Source: Felis catus (taxonomy: Eukaryota). Taken from it: a DNA stretch of 64,000 nt. How positions within the stretch are numbered: the first letter of the stretch is position 1; each line of letters opens with the position of its first letter. A program made the translations under genes and the position numbers. Location of the stretch: assembly GCF_018350175.1 (NCBI RefSeq), contig NC_058368.1:84570001-84634000 (forward strand), given 5' to 3'. The notes under the pieces were generated by a model. The model was not told the DNA's origin. It ran no database searches and was given only the letters and a program-made list of their open reading frames with translations. Shown piece by piece: positions 27,331 through 38,910 of this stretch.

Positions 27331-27699
27331 TTGGCCTTATCTCAGGACAACATGTAGCCACTAAAGGGTTTTAGGTATTAGTGTCTTGGTGGTCAGCCCT
27401 GGCAAAAACGTCTACTGGAATGGTCTTTAATCAAACACTCGTGACTGAGAGTCACTTCACCTCAAAGCTAGATGCAGCTCTAAATCTTTCCCATGCCTTT
27501 TCTTTATGGCTTAGCACACCCCAAACATGTCTCATCCTCCTCCCAGACAGAAAAGATTCATCTGTGCTTTAAATCAGTTATCTCAAACTTTTGAATGTAC
27601 CCTCCACCAGGAAGGTTTTGTCCATGCAGGTTGAATCACACATCCATTTGCAAACTATGTTCATGCTTAATTGTGTTTTCATACACAGCATAAAACTCA

Positions 27700-27850
27700 T
27701 ATGACCAGGGTTTAAGATGAGGGGAAGGTGGCTGCAGTTAGAAGTTACTTTATTTGATCAAAGGAATGGCTCTTCTTTACTGAGCCTGTCTCCCATTTGT
27801 GAGCTGGGTGTGGGCATCACTAAAGAAACAACTTGAACCTGTGCCACTAA
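27700..27850 (+). pseudogene. Possible VH-like relic
   Basis: GGCTCTTCTTTACTGAGCCTGTCTCCCATTTGTGAGCTGGGTG...AAACAACTTGAA resembles GFSLSTSGMCVSWI...KALE. Confidence 0.35.
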
Positions 27851-27879
27851 CTAAAATTCACTACCTGCTCATAAAGTAA

Positions 27880-28878
27880 CTCCTATCAAACTCACAAAAA
27901 CAACTCCATTTACAAAGATATAGTACACAAACCAGCATGGTACTGGCATAAAAATATGCCCATGGATCTAAGTAACATAATGGAGAGAACAGTAATGAAC
28001 CCAGCATGCATACAGTTAACTTATAACAAAGGAGCCTAGGACAAACAATGGGGAAAGGACAATTTCTTCAATAAATGGTGCTGGGAGAACCGACAGCCAC
28101 ATGCAAAAAAAATGAACCTGGACCCCTATCTCCAACCACACCCAAAAGTCACTTCAAAATGTGTTAAGGAGTGAAACATAAGACCTGAAGCTATAAAACT
28201 GCCAGAAGGAAACGTAGGTGGGAAGCATCTTGACATAAGTTTTTGTAATGATTTTTTTTGAAGGGGGGGATTTGATACCAAAAGTTAAGGAAATAAATGT
28301 AAAAATAAACAAGTGGATCTAAGTAAAAAGTTCTGCACATCAAGAGAAACCTTCAATTAAAATGAAAAGAAACCTATTAAAATGGAGAAAATATTTTCAA
28401 ATCATAATCTGAAAAGGGGATAATATCTCCCCTTTTAATATAAAAATAAAACAATTTATATAACTCAATAGCAAAACAACAATCCATCCAATGAAAACAT
28501 GGAAGTTGCTCAAATCATTAATCAGCAGGGAAATGACAACACCACAAAAGCTATCGCCTCACATCTGTCACAATGGCTGTTACTAAAGAAACTACAAATA
28601 ATAAGTGTTGGCAAGACTGTGGAGAGAAGGGAATCCTGGGCACCATTGGTGGGAACATAATGTGGTATATAGCCCATTTGGAAAACAGCATGGATGTTCC
28701 TTAAAAAAACTAAAAATGGAACTACCATATAATCCAGCAACTCACTACTGGGTATTCATCTGAAGGAAACAAAAACACTAATCCTAAAAAATATACACAC
28801 ACCCATGTTCACTGCAGCATTATTTACAATAGTCAACATCTAGAAATAGCCCAAGTGAACGAGTGGTTGCAGTGAACA

Positions 28879-28924
<46 letters not shown>

Positions 28925-29400
28925 ATACTCTTAGGCAATTAAAATAATGAAATTTGGCCATTTGAGTCAACATGGATTGACATTCAGGTCATTGTGCTAA
29001 CGGAAAAGTCAGGCAAATACACCTGATCACTTATATGTGGAATCTTATAAAGAAAAAAAAAGCTCATAGATACAAAGAAGAGATTAGTAGTTCCCTGAAG
29101 TGGGATCAGGAGGTAGGCAAAATGGCTGAAGGTGGTAAAAAAGTATACACTTCCAGTTAGAAGATACATAATTCCGGGGCTTTTAACGTGCAGCAAGGTG
29201 ACTGTAGCTAATGATCTTGTCTATTTAATAGTTGCTAAAAGTTTATTTTCACTGCAAGAAAATTGTAAATATGCATGGTGATTAATATTAACATGTATTC
29301 TGCTGATATTTTTACACTATATACAAATATAAAATCATTATGTTGTACACCTAAAATGAATGTCATATATCATTTATATCACAATTAAAACCAAGCAAAC
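27880..29400 (+). mobile_element. 5'-truncated old L1 (ORF2 C-terminus and 3'UTR), with (CA)n at ~28880-28920
   Basis: LFNKWCWEN and HCWW motifs, and an L1MA-type 3'UTR. Confidence 0.85.
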
Positions 29401-29706
29401 AAAACCACTATTCAATGTGTAAGAAGATACATTGGGGGAACGTGAATATTTAGTGACACTGAGGGTAATAATAATGGTGATCTTTACTGGACACATCCTT
29501 AAGATAGACAATGTGCTCAGGGTTTAACTCAAATTATTTCATTTAAACAACAAATAACCAACAATCTACACATGATCTCATTTTATAAAAAAAAAAATGA
29601 AACTCAGGCTTACACAAATTAAGCAATTTTCCCAAGACAGAAAATGGTAGGGCAAGGATTGAAACCCAGGTCCTTTAAGTAGTAAAACTAATTCAGAGCA
29701 CAAGTG

Positions 29707-30050
29707 ATGAACGTTCCATAAAAAAATAACTCATCTGAAGCAGGTAACTGCAGGCTCAGGTGACAGGATCTCTGCAGGGAGGTGGGAGGGAGGGACTCCA
29801 GGGGGTAGAACCATGGGATATGTGCAGCACCTCTCCTGTGGGAAGAGTCCCACCCCAGGACTGTGGGGGCCCTGGGGGTCTCCTGCTTCAACCTCTGCCT
29901 TCACTTCCAACATCACTGCCCACCTGAGGACCTCAGGCTGGGGAGGATTCTGATTGGCTGGTCCTCTATGACATCATGTGTGTATAGGACATCCTGCCTG
30001 GGATGCTGCCATGATGGTATTTATGATGCAATCCTCCTTTATTCTTCCTA
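29707..30050 (+). pseudogene. IGHV: VH3-like relic
   Basis: GGGGGCCCTGGGGGTCTCCTGCTTCAACCTCTGCCTTCACTTCCAAC (29865-29911) versus VH3 GGGGGGTCCCTGAGACTCTCCTGTGCAGCCTCTGGATTCACCTTCAGC. CAGGCTGGGGAGGATTCTGATTGGCTGG resembles QAPGKGLEWV. Upstream CAG|GTAACT...CTGCAG forms a 34-nt mini-intron. Confidence 0.68.
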
Positions 30051-30054
30051 CTGC

Positions 30055-31260
30055 ACATGAGCACACACTAGCACACACACATTAGTGCACACTAGTTTTC
30101 AAATGTGTGTATGTCAGTACACAGTACACACACTAGACCATGCTAGCATGTCTAGCACACACTGCTACTCTCTAGCACACAATAGAACACAAACTAGTAC
30201 TCATACCAGCAGCAGCACAAGTACACAGCTAGTACACACACTAGTACATACTAGTGTACAGCTGGTGTATATCAGTACACACAGTAGTATGTCCAGTACA
30301 TACTACTACACACTAATACATAATAGCACACAAGGTATATTCAATCTAACACAAATAGTAGCACACACCTAGTAAACATGGTAGCACACAGATTTGCAAA
30401 CCTATTACACATTTGCGCACACTACTAAATATACTGGCACTAGTGCACACTAGTGAACACACTGGCATTTACTAGTACACACACTAGTGTCTATTAACAT
30501 ACATTAGCACATCTCATACAGACTAAGACACACTAGGACACATGTTAGTTCCCAAATATTAGTTCACACGAGTATACCTATCAGCACACACACTAGCATA
30601 TGTAAGTGCACATGCTAGTATACACATGAGCACACACTAGCACTGGTTGTATACTCACTGGAACACCTAGTACACATACTAGCACATGCATTGCCAGACA
30701 CAATTACACATGCTAGTATGCACATGAGCACACACTAGCATTGGTTGTACATTCATTGGTACACCTAGTACACCTATTAGCACATACAATAGCAGACACA
30801 AGTATATGTGCTAGTATACACATGAGTGAACACTAGCAATAGTTGTACATTCAGTGGTACATCTAGTACACATATTAGCACATACACTGGCAGATACTAG
30901 TACACATGCTATTATACACGTGAGCACACACTAGCAATAGTTGTACACTCACTGGTACACTTAGTACACCTATTAGCACACACAATAGCAGACACAAGTA
31001 CACATGCTAGTATACACATGAGCACACACTAGCTCTAGCTGTACACTCACTGCCACACCTAGTACACATACCAGCACACACTCTAGTACATATGTTAGTA
31101 TACATACTAGTGCATGTTGGCACACCCAGGGCATATTAGCACATAGTAGCAGACACAGGTACACATGCTGGTATATACACTAGTACATGTGAACACAATT
31201 ACCAGCACATACCTAAAATACCTGGTATACAGCAAGTGATGTGTCTGACAAAAACTTGTG
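30055..31260. repeat. CA/CTAG-rich minisatellite with a 98-bp higher-order unit
   Basis: A CATGCTAGTA-like anchor recurs at 30611, 30709, 30807, 30905 and 31003. The flanks are looser ACACACTAG-type repeats. Confidence 0.92.
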
Positions 31261-31317
31261 ACATGTGTGTCTAAATACACAATTTACTGTTCTTGGCACT
31301 AAAAATATGCACTGCAA

Positions 31318-31510
31318 GGGGCACCTGGGTGGATCAGTCAGTTTAGTGTCCATCTCTTGATTTCTCCTCAGGTCAGGATCTAATAGTGAGTTTGAGCCCC
31401 GCATCAGGATCTGCACTGACAGTTTGGAACCTGCTTCTATTCTCTTGCTCCTTCTCTCTCTATCCTTCCCCAGCTCGCACTTTCTCTCTCTCTCAAATAA
31501 ATAATTTTTA
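31318..31510 (+). mobile_element. Older CanSINE
   Basis: GGGGCACCTGGGTGGATCAGTCAG head, CT stretch, AAATAAATAA tail. Confidence 0.88.
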
Positions 31511-32019
31511 CAATTAAAAGTAGCTGGCAATTGAAGAGTGTCTTTTGTGACTTTTCAATTGAATTTACTTTCCTGGAGGTGTCTTATGTATAAGTTCAAG
31601 TCTGCAAATAATAGCAGGTAGGTACAGAATATCAATTTGTTCCTTCCAGCAAGAAATTCAGTAATTTATCATGATTAACATAGTAATTTCCAAAATGATA
31701 TTTTGGTTTGCTGTTGAATACCAAAAACCAAGAAATGAAATGGTTTTGTTTTTCAGGTAAGACTGGTTCTTTGTTAGAAACATAATTTAGTGTTGTTATG
31801 AAAGAGAGAAATATAAAACACTTAGCTAAAACAGTTGTTCAGTTAGTAGCCATGTTCATAGAAATGTATAAATATCAACACACACACACAACCTGGCAGG
31901 TGCTCTGATCAGCCAGGAAAGGAGATGTAAGCAAAGAGACAAAGAAAGGGAAGCAGAAGGTATCCACACAGAGAGTACATTTACATACATCTGATGAAGT
32001 GGGTCATTTATTTTCAATC

Positions 32020-32500
32020 CATTTTAACATGCAGTATGCTAAAGACAGGTAACACCTGTCTCCCCTCCCTTTCCCCCAGCTATGTGCAAATGCCCTTCTG
32101 AATTTCCTGTTCTCTGGGAGGTATTTTTGACAGCCAGGTCCATGTGTATTCTCAGAGTGTCCTGGGTTTTCTTCTACCAGAGCACTAATCCCACAGCACA
32201 GCAACTGCTTGCCAGCTATCTGTTTTTTTCCATTGCACTGTCAGGAGCTCCTTGAAACAGGGATGATTTCCTTATTGTTAGCACCAAATACAGGGCCTGA
32301 CACACAACTGCTTCCTTCCATGTTTGGCAAACACTCATCAAGCCAGAGGAGGCAATGGGTCTGGAGCAGAGAGGATACACAGAGACCCAGGGAAACCACA
32401 GTCTACATCTTCATATACATCGTCTGAGCTCAAGGGGATAAAGGCAGTACAGACAATTGACCAAGTGTGGATTACCTTGAGGGGACATTAACCCACTCAG
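32020..32500 (+). pseudogene. IGHV: VH3-like relic split in FR2 by an L2 3' fragment
   Basis: CAG|GTAAC..CCCCAG 31-nt intron (32049-32079). TCTGGGAGG..ACAGCCAGGT..CTCAGAGTGTCCTGGGTT (SG..QPG..LRVSCV), AACTGCTTGCCAGCT (~NWVRQA), L2 at ~32225-32345, GGGTCTGGAGCAGAGAGGATACAC (~GLEWIGYI), GAGCTCAAGGGG (~FKG), ACAGACAATTGACCAAG (~RDNSK). Confidence 0.62.
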
Positions 32501-32949
32501 AATGCTGAGCTTTTAATGTTTTCCTTACTCATTCCCAAATATCAAGATCATAAGTTCCTTGTTTTGGGAACCAAGGACAGTGCTACTGGGTAATCATTAA
32601 TAATTTCTGGAGTGCTTTTGATTGAATACAGTGCCAGACACCTTTCTCAATGATTCTAAAATACGGGTGTATTGTTTTTGTTCTGGGAATAGGGAGTCTC
32701 CCACAATAATTCTCTCAAAAGTTCCATGGCAGTGACTCATAATACAGTTTTGCTCTACTCTTACCTTGTCAGGAAGAAATTTATGCATGGTGTGTGTTTT
32801 GTAGAGCCCTTTAGTTGTCCCATGGCATTCTGCATTCCTTGTGTCACACCCCTCCTAGTCACGTCAGCTTCTGGCCACATAAGCTTCTAGTTACCTTAGC
32901 TTGTAGTCACATTGGGGGTCACCACCTATCACAGACTTTGAGCCTGGAG

Positions 32950-33490
32950 TTGTCTCTTGTCCAGCAAGATAGTGGATGCAGAACTAAATATGAGAGAGGC
33001 TAATGTCAGGGATGAGACAAGCATTGTAAGTAAAGGTCCTTGAATTGGATTTATTAGGGTCAGAAGGCTGACAAGCATGATGGACGTGCAGAAAAAGACA
33101 ATAAAACAGTGATTATTATCTCACGTGTGTGAGAGAAAGGAGGTTTTGAAGATATGCAGTGTTAGCTGTTTGGGTCAATACAAAAGAAAATCCTGGTGCC
33201 AAGCAGATGGCTGTTTACATCAGACACCATGTGTCATGTCTGTTTATCTTGTCTAGGGGATAAGACAGATAGAGCATGCTACTTCACGGTCAACCAGGCA
33301 CTTTTTTTTCCTAATTAGCTCCAGGGAATTTCTCCCTGCTGCAGTGGTCTTTTGCCGTTACCTGTTTACCTATTATTGGACACTTTCATCCTGCAGAAGC
33401 GGTTTTCTGCTCTATGTTTTGTTCTATGTTAGGGACGCTTTCACCCAGTGGCCATTTTCTGCTCTAAGCCTTCTTAACCCATTATTGAAA
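32950..33490 (-). mobile_element. Probable solo ERV LTR
   Basis: About 540 bp with an internal direct repeat (TAGAGCAGAAAA twice on the minus strand) and a minus-strand AATAAA near 33050. Termini and TSD not resolved. Confidence 0.5.
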
Positions 33491-34112
33491 GCTCAAGGAA
33501 TTTCTAAACTTATGCTCCAAATTGTTTTATGATGGTTCTTTCAAATCCATTGGTAATCCTAACACTTAGGTCATCATTGGATTTTGGGGTATATGGATTG
33601 TGTGATGTGTTCAAGATGACATTTTTCTGAGTTTTTACTTGGTGAATGTTCAAAACTATACATCTTTCATATTTGGGATGTTGCCATGAGGCTCTGGATC
33701 TTCTTAAATCTGTTGTGTTAGCAGTTGGTGGGTATGTAAGAATGTGACTAGCAAATTCAGCCCCAGTTCTGTGCCCAAACCAGAAGGAGCAAAGTGAATC
33801 ATGGCCAGACACAGCTGGGAAGTTACAGGGCAACCTATGTGGAAAGTCACATCCTTGTGGCTTTCTTCCCTCCAAGATGAGTGCATAAGGAAGCTAAAAA
33901 CATGTTGTTTGCTGAATGCATTTCTAAGTATGGAAGGATGAGGACATTGTAAAGACTAAATTTCAGGTTTGAAATGGGAATATTTCAGGAAAAGTGTGTT
34001 CTCTGTGTTGAGAACATTTGAGAAGTTTAGTTTATGCTGGTGGAAGCAGGTAAGGATGGGATTTACTGAGATGGTTGTCACTGATATTGGGCTTGCTAAA
34101 AACTTACTTCTT

Positions 34113-34960
34113 TTTTTTTGTTTTTTTGTTTTTCAATATATGAAATTTATTGTCAAATTGGTTTCCATACAACACCCAGTGCTCATCCCAAAAGGTGCCC
34201 TCCTCAATACCCATCACCCACCCTCCCCTTCCTCCCACCCCCCATCAACCCTCAGTTTGTTCTCAGTGTTTAAGAGTCTCTTATGCTTTGGCTCTCTCCC
34301 ACTCTAACCTCTTTTTTTTTTTCCTTCCCCTCCTCCATGGGTTTCTGTTAAGTTTCTCAGGATCCACATAAGAGTGAAACCATATGGTATCTGTCTTTCT
34401 CTGTATGGCTTATTTCACTTAGCATCACACTCTCCAGTTCCATCCACGTGGCTACAAAGGGCCATATTTCGTTCTTTCTCATTGCCATGTAGTACTCCAT
34501 TGTGTATATACACCACAATTTCTTTATCCATTCATCAGTTGATGGACATTTAGGCTCTTTCTGTAATTTGGCTATTGTTGAGAGTGCTGCTATAAACATT
34601 GGGGTACAAGTGCCCTTATGCATCAGTACTCCTGTATCCCTTGGATAAATTCCTAGCAGTGCTATTGCTGGGTCATAGGGTAGGTCTATTTTTAATTTTC
34701 TGAGGAACCTCCACACTGCTTTCCAGAGTGGCTGCACCAATTTGCATTCCCACCAATAGTGCAAGAGGGTTCCCGTTTCTCCACATCCTCTCCAGCATCT
34801 ATAGTCTCCTGATATGTTCATTTTGGCCACTCTGACTGGCGTGAGGTGATATCTGAGTGTGGTTTTGATTTGTATTTCCCTGATAAGGAGCGACGTTGAG
34901 CATCTTTTCATGTGCCTGTTGGCCATCCAGATGTCTTCTTTAGAGAAGTGTCTATTCATG
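34113..34960 (-). mobile_element. Young 5'-truncated felid L1
   Basis: Intact 200-aa ORF2 C-terminus (34357-34959), 3'UTR and poly(A). 16-bp TSD TAAAAACTTACTTCTT at 34097-34112 and 34961-34976. Confidence 0.97.
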
Positions 34961-35049
34961 TAAAAACTTACTTCTTGGTGGCTCCTCTTACTAGCGTCTT
35001 TAGCCTAGGTATCATCCCCCCAAGACCTGCCAAAGGAAGACCAGGTCAG

Positions 35050-35387
35050 GTAGGGGAGTGAGTCCTGAGCTGGTGTGCTGACTTGTGTGAGATAGGACAC
35101 ATCTCCTGTACTCATTCTTCCCAGATGACTGTTTGTGAATGACCTTTGTCCTCATTCTCAAAAACACAATGGAGTCACAGAGGAAGAACAGCCTGGTGGT
35201 CAGCTCACCTGGAAACCTCAAGGCCTCTGCATCTCTCTGCATTAACCTGGGGTAGGTCTGGGGTCTTCTGGCATTCACCTTGGCATAATCTATGGTATTT
35301 GGACTTCTTACCATGAACTACAGCATGCAGGGGCCTCATGTTCTCCCTAAAAGTATACACCCAGGACCATTCCCAGTCTTGGTCCAT
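35050..35387 (-). pseudogene. IGHV: VH clan I-like relic; possible FR3 remnant at ~33995-34085 beyond the L1
   Basis: Leader-like EWSWVYTF...VHG|GTAAGA (donor 35311; compare the VH leader MEWSWVFLF). V part RLMQRDAEALRFPGE...IHKQSSGK resembles QLVQSGAEVKKPGE...WVKQS.GK. Confidence 0.5.
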
Positions 35388-35462
35388 CCTTTTCTAGGCT
35401 GAAAACCCCCAGGTACTTGTTTCCTGACAGGGTAATTCTTTCTCTCTTTAGACAAAGCCAGC

Positions 35463-35984
35463 ATCTCCACAGTGACACAGAACGGCTGGAGTAAGTTGAC
35501 TTTTCAGATCGCCCCAATTAGACAGAATGAGAGGAATATCCTTGTACCTCCCAATGTATGGATCCATCATTTCAACCCAAGTCTGTCTTTACCAGAACAC
35601 CTCCCCTTACATTCCATCAATATTGCCCTACTTATGGGGATGTACATTCATTCTAGGCTAAGTAAAACATATCTTTGGGAAACTTTTTTTTTTTTTTGCC
35701 AAAATTAACCCTGACCCTTTCCTTCAAGGAGTGGGTTTCTTGAAATGGAAATTATGTCCATATCTCCTTCTCAAAGTCAGACACTTCAATTCCACACAGG
35801 TAAACTGAAGATGAGTTCAGCTTGTTCATGCTGTGCTCCTCAGTGTGGCAGCAATGGGAGGACTGGACTGCAGGGTGGAAGACTGCAGGGGATGATCCAA
35901 GCACAGCTGCAGTGATCCCCCAGTTAGACTCACCAGAAACAGTGTTGTGAAGGTTTCCCAGGACAGTGGATCTGAAGAGAGCAT
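35463..35984 (-). pseudogene. IGHV: VH relic with leader, 66-nt intron and V exon
   Basis: ACCATG...CTTCACAACACTGTTTCTG|GTGAGT (35933), acceptor CCCTGCAG (35868). LQFTCV..LTLRRRYGHN...P*RKG resembles LRLTCV..FTFSSYGMN...PGKG. Also LKSQLT, and TGTCACTGTGGAGA (~YYCAR). Confidence 0.62.
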
Positions 35985-35989
35985 GGTTG

Positions 35990-36288
35990 CACCTAAACTT
36001 GTAGAAGCCTTTGTAGATACCTGCTTTATGCTGTGAAAATGAAGAACACACTGTGTGGTGATGCTATACAAATCCATATCGATGGTCACCTCAACTACAC
36101 TTCACCAAATGGCCCCATTCTCTAACCTACTCATGCACCAAACCAAAGTGTCCTCATAGATGACCTTCCAGCACACACCCATCTCACTAGCTTTTCTCCT
36201 CTCTGACTGAGCAACTGTTTTCCCTGTGGGGGCCTGAGTGAAAGTGGAGCAAATCCCCTGTATCCCACCTTGGACCAGCTTGGACCTC
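35990..36288 (-). pseudogene. IGHV: VH clan II (IGHV2-like) relic, nearly one continuous frame
   Basis: CACAG|GAGGTCCAAGCTGGTCCAA start. In-frame ORFs 36102-36317 and 35826-36089 read KLVQGG..TQAPTGKTVA..SEMGVCW..TLVW..VTIDMD..QCVLHFHSIKQVST, versus TQTLTLTCTVS..SGMGVSW..ALEW..LTISKD..QVVLTMTNMDPVDT. Confidence 0.72.
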
Positions 36289-36689
36289 CTGTGGATTACA
36301 AGACACAGGTTCCTCATTCAACCCCAACTACTACAGCCCACTAGGCCTGCAGTCACTCCCTCTGTCACTAGATATCTTCCCTGAAGTGCTCTTCCCCATC
36401 TACATGTGCCTGGTCCCCTCAGGGTTCCCTCAGGAACCCCTTAGAGAAGGTGTCCTTCCACAAACTAGTCCACCACTTAGCCCTCTCAATCCATTGCCTG
36501 ACCTAACACAATGGCACCAGGAGTCATTGTGATTGCTTCATTTCACTGTGTTCCTTCTCTGAGAATGTTATCTATATGAGCACAGGGACTGAAACCCTCA
36601 ATCTGGTGTCCAGTAGATATTTTTGCACTACTGAATGTATCGCTCTTTACGGCAAGCCACATTGAAAGATACAGTCTGACTCAATTTGG

Positions 36690-37200
36690 TTCTACACAAT
36701 ACAGAGTAATATCTGTACAGTACATGTTCATCTGAGTTTCCTTGACCCCCACATCTTTAATAAGTGCCTGTGCCTTAAAGCATTGTCCTGGTGAACAGGA
36801 TAGAGTATTGTTCTGAACCCAGAGTGAGCCTGTTTTTGTTGGGTAAACCATGCCTTAAATCCAAATGGAGATGAGACCAGAGGGCATATGGCTCTAAGGA
36901 AAGGACCATGGCAGGGGGTTGGAGAGTAAATCCACAACTTTGAGAGACCCATGACTGTGGGTTCAGCTTTTCATATTGGGGTCCCCAATTGTGGGATCAG
37001 CTTTATGCTTTCTCCAGCAAAGCCTAGGATGACAGAAAGGATTTCTCTAGACTCCACAAGTCAACAGAGATGAGAAGAAGGCTAAGGGAAGTCTCTCTGA
37101 GCTGCTTTCAAGTTCCTGTCTTTATTATACATACATTATATGTCAGTGGCTACTTACCAGTAAGAATTTGTAGAGAATGTTAAAAAAAAAAATAAGGCAT
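36690..37200 (-). pseudogene. IGHV: VH relic with leader, 134-nt intron and V exon
   Basis: ATG...ATTCTTACTG|GTAAGT (37157), acceptor CATCCTAG (37024). IKL..KAEPTVM.VS.K..GFTL resembles VQL..KPGATVKISCKVSGFT. Also CCAGGACAATGC (~SRDNA) and GATATTACTCTGTATTGTGTAG (~DTALYYCV). Confidence 0.62.
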
Positions 37201-37454
37201 TCCCAAGACTACAAAGAGCAAATACCCAAAGTAGGGTGGAGAACAAACAAGATAGTTCATAGATAACATGGTCTAAGGAATTAATGTACACAGGCAGGAT
37301 CTAACCCCTATATACTCATTAACTAGACACTGGTCACCTATTTTCAGCAAGGCCATAAAAGCAGTGTAATGTGTTCCCTATAATCTCCTTAACCAGGATA
37401 CAGCTATTTGATTTCCCACACATGACCACACATTTTGGGCACATTTCAGACTCT

Positions 37455-37933
37455 GGGTGCCTCACACAAACATCAAGTATGCACTGCCCATAGGGTCCTT
37501 TCAGTCCATGATCAGAGCAACAGGTGAGGGTGAGGTGGCCACTGGTGTCCTCGTGTTCCTTTTTGGGTTCTGTGCCAACCTCCAGCTTTTGCATCCTGGG
37601 CCTCTGAAACCTGCTGCATGGACTACTCTGAATAACTGGCTCACTAATGCTACTGATTAAGGGGCAGATGTATCTAACTATGTAGGTTGCCCCCAGGATA
37701 CCCTAAGCCTCTGACTGGCTGGCCTTGGAGGATGCAAGAGTAACTTCCTCCCTGAGCCCTGCAGGATCAGATGGTGACCATACAGGATATAGCCTCTGGC
37801 TTGCCTTGCAGATGGACTTGCAGGCTGTTGGGTAATCAGTTCTTCCATCCAGGACAGCTGAGAGGACCACGCAGACACAGGGTGAGGCTGGAGAAGTCTC
37901 TGTATCTAGACAGGACAGCCCAGGATGTGGCAT
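37455..37933 (-). pseudogene. V-like relic (VH4-like leader; domain class uncertain)
   Basis: ATGCCACATCCTGGG resembles ATGAAACATCTGTGG. Acceptor CTCTCAG|CTGTCCTG. ISCMVT...SYSCILQGQPVRGLGY has VH-like Cys-to-Trp-position spacing. Ends TGTGTGAGGCAC. Confidence 0.45.
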
Positions 37934-37954
37934 ATCCTCAAGTCACAGGCTTAC

Positions 37955-38505
37955 TGGTCCCTTTAACACAAGCCAATGGGCATAACAAGATCTTGGACAA
38001 AGGTGAGTGGAATGGCAGGTGAGTGGAATGGCAGGTTAACTGGCTTCTCACCTTTTGTAAAGAAATGTTAGGTACTTTGACTACTTCAGTGCCCTTTTTT
38101 TACAAGGTAAATGTCCCCTGTCTGTCGTCATCTCTGCTCCCACGTTTCTTCAACCACGTGATCATTTAGGGAAAGTCTTGGATGCCTTGTGACTCCTCAA
38201 GTCTCAGTGGGGCTGAGGACAGATGGCTGTGCCAGCTGTGGGTGAAGAGATTCCCAGGAAGAGAGCCTGCTCATGTAGTGAGGGCTGGACTGCAGTCTCT
38301 GGCCACTGCTGAGTCCTCTTCTTGGAAAAAGGGATCTCAAAATCACTGAGAACCAACATCAGAGGCTCATTCACACAGCACCAGGTTGGCCCCTTAGCCC
38401 TCATCCCTCCTCCACTTACACACCCCCTAACAGACTGAAACCAGACTCTGTGGGACTTCAAGCACCATCAATATCAGCACCAGGACCTGGAATCTCCTGC
38501 CCTCA
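37955..38505 (-). pseudogene. IGHV: VH4-like relic with leader, 101-nt intron and V exon
   Basis: Hydrophobic leader RFQVLVLILMVLEVPQ, GT 38446...TTCTCAG 38346. QQW...VQPS...QALFL resembles QQWGAGLLKPSETLSL. GCACTGAAGTAGTCAAAGTACC (~LKSRVT). Ends TGTGTTAAAG (CVK). Internal 16-bp duplication at 38001-38032. Confidence 0.6.
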
Positions 38506-38669
38506 GTGTAGTCGGAGGGGGTGGGCGTGGGCAGAGGAAATTTCAGGACATAGGATTTGGAGATGGGGTTTGGTGACAGCTTTAGACCTGTCCACCAGCA
38601 TGGAGCCTCATCAGCTGGATAAAAGGTGTTTTCAGCTATGGCCAGGGCTCCAGTGAACATATGGCTCCC

Positions 38670-38910
38670 TCTGGGCACTAACGTATCTGAGCTTTCAGAG
38701 TTGTAACCCCACCAAGCCCAAGTATGCATGAGGAGAAGGAGCATGGAGGAGCACCATGAATTTGGAATCCTTAGGTTGAGGCCTTGTCTCTTCACAGTCA
38801 GCCATGTGCTGCTGGCATGAGACACCCAATCTCCTTGGACTGAGGTCCCCAGAATGAACTGCTAAATGAAAACCCAGTCCTTTTCTCCCGACGTGTTGAA
38901 GAGCAAACAC
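38670..38910 (-). pseudogene. VH relic
   Basis: CTGGGGACCTCAGTCCAAGG..GTCTCATGCCAG (~PGASVK.VSCK). GCATACTTG...CTGAAAGCTCAGATACG (38697-38682) resembles AYL...LKASDT. Confidence 0.5.

Noticed and set aside
29945..29980. CCAAT plus TGACATCA pair resembling the unknown element's promoter
   Set aside because: No extended homology. It overlaps FR2 of the plus-strand VH relic.
35468..35474. Perfect RSS heptamer CACAGTG on the plus strand
   Set aside because: No nonamer at 12 or 23 nt. It coincides with the decayed YYC codons of a minus-strand relic.
36906..36952. ATG plus 46 nt plus GT, resembling an IGHV leader exon
   Set aside because: Better explained as FR1/CDR1 of the 36690-37200 relic. 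The donor GTCCTT is weak and the peptide is not hydrophobic.
37678..37700. WGQ motif (SWGQPT) resembling JH
   Set aside because: It lies in the FR2/CDR2 position of a V relic, lacks GTxVTVSS, and has no donor or upstream RSS.
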